Below, piece after piece: positions 37,240-47,043 of a stretch of 64,000 nt of DNA (position 1 is the first letter of the stretch; each line of letters opens with the position of its first letter). Source of the DNA: Nemertoderma westbladi. Taxonomy: Eukaryota; Animalia; Xenacoelomorpha. The stretch covers positions 25,557 through 89,556 of the forward strand of contig JAUCBJ010000162.1 in NCBI GenBank assembly GCA_032718475.1. Reading direction: 5' to 3'. The notes beneath the pieces are model-generated. The model did no database searches, had not been told where the DNA came from, and saw only the letters and a list, made by a program, of their open reading frames with translations. Both the position numbers and the translations under genes were made by a program.

Positions 37240-39630
37240 ATGAGTGAATCGGGCGAGACACCGACGCGGACCCCGGACGAAGATCAAACGATCCGCGAGG
37301 CCGCGACCAAGCGATACAGGCCCACGACGCCGGAGCCATCGATAACGGGCGAACCGGAAGTTGAGGATGAGGGGGGCCTGGAACCCGAAGTCGAGCCAAG
37401 AGAGAGAGAGAGCGAGATGGAGGGAGAAGGAGATGAGTCGACACGGAACGGAGAACGGCGCGCCGATGTCGCCGGCCAGCTACCGGCCGGGGGCGACGAG
37501 CGGCCCACCGAAACGGCGACGGTGGGGCCGACGGTGCGACGCCGGATGCAAAGAGACAGCGGAGAGATCGGTACCGATGTCGCCGGCCAGCTACAGGCCG
37601 AGGGCGACGGACGGCCCACCGGAACGGCGACGGTGGAGCCGCCGGTACGACGTCGAACCCGGAGGGACGGAGGAGAGGTCGGCGATGAGGACGTCGGGGT
37701 CTCCGAACGACTTCGACGGGCTTACATCGCGACCCGGAGACTACTAGAGAAGGCCAGAAAAGGGAAAACGGTAGACGAGGTGAGACTGAGAAAGCGACTA
37801 GGTGAGTCGGATAGACACTTTAATTATCTTATACGTTTTGGGCAAAGAGAACTAGCCGAAACGAGAGCACGTGAAATTGCCGAGGAACTGTTTAAACTAT
37901 TGGAATGTGGGAGTATGGAACCTAGCATAGCGTCAGTGTACATAGGGCCATACTTGATCGATGCCCGGGGAGTAAAACCAGTGGGTTGGAGGGGACTCGA
38001 AGGGGGCGAATCCGAGGTTAACACCGAGGATTCGGCCTCGTCGGTCGGAGAAAGCTCCGGGAAGTGGGGGAAAGTTAGTAGGTCAGGAAGGCGGGGGAAC
38101 TCCGTCGTAACCGATAAGTCTGTTACATCTTCCGCGAAAGAAAGAGCGGTGAGAAAAATAGGTGCCGCATACCGTCTCAGCATGGCAGAGCAAGGTCACA
38201 GGGAAATGGGGAAACGGCTAGAGGAGGGGAGAGAGCGGTTAGCGAGGGAAGCGGCATTGATTAGAGAAACCGGAGAGAAGGCCGAAAGGGCTTTGAAAAG
38301 CCTAAGGGAGTGTGATGAGATAGAGGAAAGGGAGTGTAGGGAGCGTGAGGCGAGAGAGGAAAGGGAACGCGAGGAGCGTGAGGCGAGAGAGGAAAGGGAA
38401 CGCAAGGAGCGTGAGGCGGAACGCAAGGAGCGTGAGGCGAGAGAGGAAAGGAAACGCGAGGAACGTGAGGCAAGGGAGGAAAGGGAACGCAAGGAGCGTG
38501 AGACGGAACGCAAGGAGTATGAAGCGAGAAGGGAAAAGGAACGCAAGGAGTATGAAGCGAGAAAGGAAAGGGAACGCAAGGAGCGCGAGGCGAGACGAAG
38601 GGAGAGCGCTAGGAGCATAGTAGAGTCGGCCAGTCGGGACACCCAGGAGTGTGAGAAGAGAATGATAGAGGCTGAAAGAGAGAACAAGAAAATAGAGAGA
38701 CTGCAGAGCGAGTTTGCGGGAAGTGAGATTAGACGGGCGCACGAGTTGCAAGTCGTGCAAGCAACGCCGTCTGAAAGCGGGGCCCGCTCGAGTATTTTTG
38801 AGGACCCGGGGGTCATAGATACATTTATTAATGCCCCACTGACAGGCACCGTACGACAGACCCAAAACTGGTGCGACCGTACGGGCGGGGGGGGTAATAA
38901 TAATAATGGTACAGTAGACGTTGTTAATATTGATAATACCGTATGGGACAACACTAATCAAACCTTTATTACAGGGAATGCTTTACATAGTGGTAGTAAT
39001 TTAAATTTAAATCAGAACGCCCCTAGTATTAATGTAGGAAATAATTCTGATATTAATGTAGCTACGCAAAATAATTCAAATAATCAAAATAATAACCCGA
39101 ATTCGAATCTACAAAATAATTTAAATAACGCAATTACGCAAAATAATTCGAATAATTTAAATAATGACCTATGCCCGAATTTACAAAATAATTCAGATAA
39201 CGTGCAGAATAATATAAATAACTTTGTTCCCAACGAACAAAATAATTCCGTTTCCAATATGGGTGTTATTAATGTAAACACGTCGGGCCTACATAACCAG
39301 GGAGCAGAGGGCCTGGTAGGCCACGTAGTTAGTAGACAGGGAGCAGAGGGCCTGGTAGGCCACGTAGTTGGTAGGGAGGGAGTAGAGGGCCTGGTAGGCC
39401 ACGCAATAGCAGAGGGAGAGGCGGGGGTGAATGGACCCGACCGCAGTAGGGTTGATGTGTCGACTAGAGAGGTATATAATAGCGGGGAGAGAGGTAGCGA
39501 GGTTAGACGTAGCGAGTGGGGGGGGGGGCTACGAGGACCCCACAACAGAGAGTTAGCGGCGAGAGGGGGGGGGGGGGGGGGGCAGGGAGTGTCCCACAGC
39601 CGTCAGCGGATAATGCGAGGGCCGAAATAG
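37240..39630 (+). CDS. BEL/Pao gag N-terminal extension (low-complexity, E/R coiled coil, N-rich)
   Basis: 796-aa ORF starting 80 nt after the LTR. Overlaps the next ORF in the -1 frame across G11 (39518-39528) and G18 (39565-39582) runs. Confidence 0.7.
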   Translation: MSESGETPTRTPDEDQTIREAATKRYRPTTPEPSITGEPEVEDEGGLEPEVEPRERESEMEGEGDESTRNGERRADVAGQLPAGGDERPTETATVGPTVRRRMQRDSGEIGTDVAGQLQAEGDGRPTGTATVEPPVRRRTRRDGGEVGDEDVGVSERLRRAYIATRRLLEKARKGKTVDEVRLRKRLGESDRHFNYLIRFGQRELAETRAREIAEELFKLLECGSMEPSIASVYIGPYLIDARGVKPVGWRGLEGGESEVNTEDSASSVGESSGKWGKVSRSGRRGNSVVTDKSVTSSAKERAVRKIGAAYRLSMAEQGHREMGKRLEEGRERLAREAALIRETGEKAERALKSLRECDEIEERECREREAREEREREEREAREERERKEREAERKEREAREERKREEREAREERERKERETERKEYEARREKERKEYEARKERERKEREARRRESARSIVESASRDTQECEKRMIEAERENKKIERLQSEFAGSEIRRAHELQVVQATPSESGARSSIFEDPGVIDTFINAPLTGTVRQTQNWCDRTGGGGNNNNGTVDVVNIDNTVWDNTNQTFITGNALHSGSNLNLNQNAPSINVGNNSDINVATQNNSNNQNNNPNSNLQNNLNNAITQNNSNNLNNDLCPNLQNNSDNVQNNINNFVPNEQNNSVSNMGVINVNTSGLHNQGAEGLVGHVVSRQGAEGLVGHVVGREGVEGLVGHAIAEGEAGVNGPDRSRVDVSTREVYNSGERGSEVRRSEWGGGLRGPHNRELAARGGGGGGQGVSHSRQRIMRGPK

Positions 39631-42600
39631 GTAAACCGCAACGACCGGCGACGGAAAGTAATAGGGGGATCGCGAGTATCCCCAGCGGCGTGCGACCGAG
39701 CAGAGAGAGACAGGTTGACGTCGCGAGAGGGCGGACGAAGCGTCGAGCCCGATCAGAGGAGGGAAGAAGAACAGTGGGGTTTAACCGGGAGGTCGACGAG
39801 AGATCTCGCGAGCGGGAATATTCCACTGATAGGAGACGAAAGGAAGACAGTAGTAGAAGTATCGCCGCAAACGATAGAAGAGCGAGGACGGACAGCGAGC
39901 CGTCGGTAGTCGAGATGAGAACGGAGAGTCAGTGGGGTCGGACTCCGGGAGATTGCCGTCGCCCCGGAGAGATGCGACCCGGTGAGATGCATTACACGCC
40001 GAGAGAGGGGTACACGATGTACCGGTACGAAGATGAGGACAGAAGAGAGGGGGGTCGAAGAGAAGCTTTCCGACGGAATACACCTATTGATCGAGAGTAC
40101 GGTAGCCGCGGGGAGGATTATTCGAGAAGAATAAACTTCGGTCCCGAGAGACACATGCAGACTGTAGGACATACTGTAGGCCTTACTGCACATACCATAG
40201 GCCATACTGAGAGAGGCTATATAGGCGATAGGATAGCGCGGACGACGGAATTAAACCCGGAAGTCGCGGAATACGTACCGGCGAGTAGGCCAGAAGCTGA
40301 TAGGCCTATACTGGTACCAGCACAGCAGTATGACTACAGCATGCAGGGACATAACATATACCCAGGGGAGGGGGGAATTATTGCGGATAAGTGCATGGGC
40401 CCCAACATATTAACATCAACCCCATTACCAAACATACCGGTGGGGGGGGGACAGGGTGACATTCCCCCATCGCAATATCAACAATATACCCCGATGGTAG
40501 CAAGAACAATGAGACCCTTGGACGAAAACAGATCGTGTGACACAGATATATGGAGGGGGCCGCTACCCCCAATGACATACCCAAGCCAGAGAAAGTCAAG
40601 AAATAGGACAGACGGAACGCACCAGACAGGGGAAACTATACAGCACCCGTCGAATCCATTGGAAGCGCAGGCGATAGGGATGGCCACGTTGATCGATGCT
40701 TTGAAAACGAGGATCGAGTTACCACCCGTGGAACCATTCAAGTTCGACGGGAGTAGGCCGGAAGAATATTTACAATTTCGGCGAATGTATAGTAACGAAA
40801 TACTAACAAAAAACTTGACGCAGGCGGAGTGCCTAAAGTATCTACAAGTGTACACGGGAGGCCCAGCATACGATATCGTGAGGCAATACCAAGGAATAGA
40901 GGGCGGCTTCACGACAGCATGGCGGGCACTGGATAGGGAATACGGGCACCCGGCCAAGATCATCAGGCAGACGCTGAGAGGCATAACATCGGGTGGCCTA
41001 CAGGACAACCCCGTTAGCATTAAGACGTTTGCTAACAAAGTTGAAAAGGCGCTAATCGTGCTGAAGACGCTAGACGCGCCGTACGAGCTCAATGCGTCCA
41101 ACAACATCACCACGATAGCGCAGGCACTACCGAACTGGCTGCGCAACAAGTGGAGAAAAATCGCCTTCTCCACTCGAGATAAGAAGGGTGCGGAACCAGG
41201 TTTAGAAGAAATGTCAAACTTCTTAAATTACGAGGCTGAACTAATAACGGACCCAGTCTATAGTGAAGATAGCCTGGGAAAGGGACCAAAGACGGATCAC
41301 TACAGAGCGAAACCAGAGCACAATACATCAAACGCATTGCCGAGACTCAGGCAATCATTGCCATACGCAGCGACGCAGGGGACTGCAAGTCCACAGGCAA
41401 ACGAAGATAAGACAACATCATGGAACAGACAGGGGAACAATAACAACATGAATAAACATAACCCCAGTACGTCCAGTAGGCCAAATCCAGTCAATAAGAA
41501 TAGTAGGGACTTTGGTACGAATATAACTGCGATACGCAATGCATTGTATAAAGAGGGCTACGACCCAAAGAGCAAATGCCAGTTACACGCAAATGCGCTT
41601 CATAAAACCATGAACTGCAGGTACTGGCAGGCGCTACCGAGGCAAGACCAGATAGATTACGCGTCGAGCAATAAGATATGCTCGCGATGTGTGAAGAGTG
41701 GACACAAGGCCAGGGAGTGCCAAGAGAAGCCTGTCAAGTTTGGCCAAAGGAGAGGCCAAACGATGGCAACGAGCACGGTAGGGGCGAAGAAGAGAGGCAC
41801 GGTGTTACTTGGAGTAGTACCGGTGCGAGTGATCGGGGAAGGCAATCGATCAGTAACAACACTAATGCTGGTTGATAGTGGAGCTGCCTTCACATTAGTC
41901 GAGGAATGGGTAGCCGAAGAAATAGGATTGAGAACAAGGCCAAGCAGAATGGCGGTAACAACCATCTCTAGCAAAGATGAGATCCTAGAGATGAGGACAG
42001 GACGGTGCGCAATTGCAGCAGTGGCACCAGGATGCGACTATGGGGCAACCATCGACCCCATCCAAGTAATAGAGTCAATTAACATCAATGCCAGGCGGCC
42101 AACCAACATCGAGGTCGAGCAATACAAATTCCTGGACAACATTGACTTCTCGATCCCAGACGTGGACGTTAGGAAGGTATCCATCATAGTAGGAATGGAC
42201 TGCCCGACGGCCCACGAAAGAATGCAAACGGTCTTCGGCGAAGACAAGCAGAGCGACCCGGTGGCCATATTAACACCATTCGGGTGGACGCTGAGTGGTC
42301 CAATAAAGAGTAAGATACCATTTAGGATGTCGGAGACATCAGGATGCATGTTCGCGGGAACAATGCAGGAAATGGGTGATGAGGGAGCAGAGGAGCAGCT
42401 TAAAAGACTGCTCAGACAAGACTTTGAGGGACTGAAAGAGACCGGGGTCGGGACCTCGGTAGAAGACAAACAGGCTCTACAAAGCGTGGAGGAATCGATG
42501 ACGTGTGATGAGGGGCGGTATACAATAGGAATGGTATGGAAACTACCGAAGATACCGCTACCCGATAATAGGGGGATGGTACTCACGAGACTTCGTAAGC

Positions 42601-45600
42601 TGAAACAAACACTAAAACGGAGCCCCGAGAAGAACGAGTACATTCACAAAACGATTAAGAAGTACGTCGAGAAGGGATGGGCCGTGGAGTTACCGGTCGA
42701 CGAGCCGAACACGGACAGGACATACTACCTGCCACTCCACGTAGCTTTAGACCCAAAGAAAGGTAAACTTAGGATGGTAGTCGATGCATCGGCAAAGACC
42801 GACGGAAAATGCTTAAACGATTACCTGTTGGAAGGCCCAAATATTTACAATTCGGGCATAGAGGTGTTACTTAGATTTTGAAATGGGAAACACGCCTTCA
42901 CGTGTGACATAGAAGGCATGTTCAACCAGGTCCGTGTAACGGAAGAAGATAGTGACAGTCAACGCTTCTTATGGTATAACGGCGAAGAAGAACCGCCGAT
43001 AATACCAGCGTATAAGATGGTAGTACAAAACATGGGGGCCAAGTCGTCCTCATTTACGACGACTATGGCAGTGAGAGACACGGTAAAGGGCAAGGAAGAT
43101 AGATACAGCAGTAGGGCCGTCGATATGATCCGACGCGGCTTCTACGTAGACGACGGTATGGAGTCTGGAGATACGGTTGAGGAGATACTGGAAACAGGGC
43201 GCGAGGTTCGCGACATCCTGAAAGGATCCGGCTTCAACCTGACCAAATTCCAATCCAGTTCAGAAGAATTTATCAAGGCAATAGAGGACAAGAAACCGGA
43301 ATCGACCATGGACAACCCTACAACAGCCAAAGGACAGGACATGGCGAATAAGAGAACACAATCGCAGCAAAAGGCATTGGGAATCGTGTGGGATAGAGGA
43401 ACAGACGAACTGAAGTATCAGCTGAGCCAAGAGGGCGCAGACACCCATACGAAGAGGGGTTATGTATCGTATATAGCAAGGATATACGATCCCCTAGGCC
43501 TAGCATCCCCATTACTAGTCACGGGGAAACAGATACTCAAGAGAGTATATAAATTGAAGGATGAGTGGGACGTAGAGGTACCAGAGGACATCAAGAAACA
43601 GTGGAGCAAATGGACAGGAGACTTGGAAAGGATGGGAACATACAACATGCCGCGAGTGTATTTTCCGGACGGGAACATGACAAGTCTGGACCTACATATG
43701 TTCTCCGACGCGTCGTTAGAGGCATACGGAGCGGCACTCTATTTAGTACAACGAGAGGGGGCTCACAAGCCCAGACTAGCCTTTAGCAAAGCTAAGTCAA
43801 CGCCGCCAGATTCAGCATCTGTTCCCAAGTTAGAATTGACAGCTGCGAGACTAGGAGTTAGAGCCACAGCCTACCTAGTGGATACAATTCCCAACATAGT
43901 GGAGACACACTACTGGACGGATTCCATGGTAGTGCTTGGTTGGCTACACAACGAAAAGACGAGATACCCAATATTCGTCGCGAATAGAGTGGACGAAATA
44001 AGGGCGAGCACAGAACTGGAAAGGTGGCACTACTGCCCAACAGACGAGAACCCAGCGGACTTGCTGTCGAGGGGCGTGGAACGCCACACTTTCTTAAAGA
44101 AGGAAGCATTGTGGCAACATGGGCCACAATCTCTAAGTGATAGGGAGGCCTGGCCGCCGATGAGGAAGGTGGACCCGGGCTCGGAACCAATATCAGAGGG
44201 AGAAGAGGGAGACTCAGAGGGAGAAGAGATATACTCCCAGATGGTGAGGGAGATTAGGGACGTGCAACCAAAGCAAGAACTACGCGATAACCCGACGGAC
44301 AAACTCCTCAGTTACAGTTCTAGTTGGTACAAGACCAAGAAATTAGTGGCGTACTGGAGAGCTTTCGGGAATTTCCTCGCGGGAGTTAATAAGGAGAAGA
44401 AAACCAGGGAAACCATAGATCTGGAAGGAGCGGCCAAGGCAATAATCCGCTATGAACAACGAAAGAACTACGGCGACGAGGTGGAACGCGTCGGCAACCA
44501 ACAGCACCTCCGACGGGACAGCGAGTTGATTACGCTGTTGCCACAATTCAACGACGATGGGATTCTAGTAATGAATTCTAGGGTGGGATATAACAACAGC
44601 ATAGTCGTGCCACCGAAACCCATCATCATTCCCACAGGATCGCCTATAGTCCACCAGATCATATGGGACTCCCACAAATCGATACTGCATGGGGGCACCA
44701 ACCGAACCCTCACAGAGATAAGGAGGACCTATTGGGTCAAACAACTAAGGAAGAAGATTAAAGCGGTAGTGGGGCAGTGCCAGACCTGCCGACGAGCGAA
44801 GAAGGAACGAGCCGTACAGGAGATGGCGCCACTACCGGCGAGTAGGGTAAGACAGCACGACCCGCCATTTACGCATTGCGGTGTGGACATGTTCGGGCCG
44901 ATAAAGATCAAGGTGATGCGACACACGGAGAAACGCTACGGTATTATCTTCGTATGCAACAATACACGGGCGGTAGGGATAGAACTCGCCCAAGATGCAA
45001 CCGCATCAGCATTCATTAACGCCTTAGAAAGGTTTAGGGACCGCAAAGGTGGGACGATCGCAGTGATATACAGCGACAACGGCACCAACTTTGTGGGCGC
45101 AGAGAGTGAGATGGCAGAGGCCTTGGACATCTTAGAAGGAGAAGAAGTCAGGGCGGCCATGAGAAGACGACAAGTAAAGTGGGAGAGAAGGACGCCGTAT
45201 GCACCACATACACTAGGATGCGTCGAGAGACTGGTGGGCAGTTCAAAGCGTCTAATGACGAAGTTAATGAACACCCACATGGTCACTGAAGACGTCTTAC
45301 GGACAGTACTTGCGAAGTGCGAGGGGATCATTAATAGCAGACCGCTATACCCGGAGAATGATGACCCTGAGTCATTAGACGTGCTGACGCCTAGCCATTT
45401 CCTGATGGAAAGGCCAGCGACCATCGATATGCGGGGTGTAGACCCAGATGACATACACTCCCGCCAAAGTTGGAAAGTCGCTAAAGCAATAAGCGCAGAG
45501 TATTGGAGGAGGTGGGTCGAGGAATACCTACCCACGCTCCATAAGCGAAGCAAGTGGAGGAAGCCGAACAGGGAGTTAAGAGAGGGAGATCTCGTAATCG

Positions 45601-45782
45601 TCACGGATGATACTATCATCAACAACCAGTGGCGGTTGGCGAGAGTCGTAGGCACCTACTCCGACGAGGACGGAAGAGTCCGATCGGTAGAAGTGCGGAT
45701 AGGTGGAAAGATAGGTGCGAAAGACAGAAAAACCTACAGGAGAGCAGTAGGTAAATGCTGTCTTCTAGAAGGGGCACCTTAA
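39516..45782 (+). pseudogene. BEL/Pao gag-pol with one in-frame TGA at 42879-42881
   Basis: DUF1759-like FDGSRPEEYLQF, Cys/His knuckles (CSRCVKSGHKAREC), protease LVDSGA, RT YYLPLH..KLRMVVDAS..DIEGMF..FYVDD, Pao RNase H FSDAS..WTDS..NPADLLSRG, integrase HHCC, GVDMFGP, SDNGTNF, ERLVG, C-terminal YWRRWVEEYL/GDLV. ORFs 39516 and 42918 share a frame; LRF* most simply reflects CGA>TGA. Confidence 0.93.
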
Positions 45783-45890
45783 AATGGAGTTAGAGTGGAG
45801 TTTAGTCGTCCAAGCTTTGGACTGAGGGGGGTGGGATTGAGGGCGAGACGCCCTTCCCACACAAATAAAATAAAAATAAAATAAAAACAA

Positions 45891-46541
45891 TAGTTAGTTA
45901 GTTAGTAGGTACGTAGTACCTAGAGTTAGTTAGTTAGTAGGTACGTAGTGCCTAGAGTTAGTTAGTTAGTAGGTACGTAGTGCCTAGAGTTAGTTAGTTA
46001 GTAGGTACGTAGTACCTAGAGTTAGTTAGTTAGTAGGTACGTAGTGCCTAGAGTTAGAGAGTTAGTAGGTACGTAGTACCTAGAGTTAGTTAGTTAGTAG
46101 GTACGTAGTGCCTAGAGTTAGAGTGTTAGTAGGTACGTAGTGCCTAGAGTTAGAGTGTTAGTAGGTACGTAGTACCTAGAGTTAGAGAGTTAGTAGGTAC
46201 GTAGTGCCTAGAGTTAGAGAGTTAGTAGGTACGTAGTGCCTAGAGTTAGAGAGTTAGTAGGTACGTAGTACCTAGAGTTAGAGTTAGAGGGTACGTAGTA
46301 CCGCTAGTTAGAGTTAGAGTTAGAGGGTACGTAGTACCGCTAGTTAGAGTTAGAGTTAGAGGGTACGTAGTATCGATAGTTAGAGTTAGAGTTAGAGGGT
46401 ACGTAGTACCGCTAGTTAGAGTTAGAGTTAGAGGGTACGTAGTACCGATAGTTAGAGTTAGTAGGTACGTAGTACCTAGTTAGAGTTAGAGTTAGTAGGT
46501 ACGTAGTACCGTTAGTTAGAGTTAGAGGGTACGTAGTACCA
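45891..46541 (+). repeat. Internal hairpin tandem array (20 copies, about 29-36 bp) between pol and ORF3
   Basis: Core (ta)ggtac-gta-gtacc(ta) separated by TTAG/TTAGAG spacers. Confidence 0.9.
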
Positions 46542-47043
46542 TTAGTTAGAGAGAGAGAGTGAGAGGTAAAAGGGGTAAATAGGATATAGATATTAGTTAG
46601 TAGTAAGTAGAGTTAATAGCGAGAGGGGGGCATATGAGTACAGCTGGATAAATCGTGCGGCCCCACGACGCATACTGCTGTACTGCATGGGCCCACAGAG
46701 TAGGCCAGAATATGGATCAGAGAATAGAATAAATCCATAGGCAGTAGTAGGTAGTAGGACAGTAGGATCAAAACAAACAAATAAATAGAATAGGGCTAAA
46801 AATCGAAGAATAGTGGCAACACAAGGAAAGTCGTTCTAGAACATAATAAAAGTAACGGACGGAAATTGTAAATTAGGCTGATTTACTAGCTCCGAAATTA
46901 ATTAGGTTAAATTTAGGCTAAAAGGCGCAACTAAGTAGAAAGTAGGCCATTGTCGAACCATACGAAACATCTAAATACTTCACTCATCTGTATTGCGCCT
47001 TGGTAAGGCACCACCCTGCAGGTGAGCGAGTGTAGCGTTCGGA

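Noticed and set aside
42879-42881. Programmed stop read-through in pol
   Set aside because: The TGA falls inside RT at a normally conserved LRFR position; a CpG transition or sequencing error is more parsimonious.
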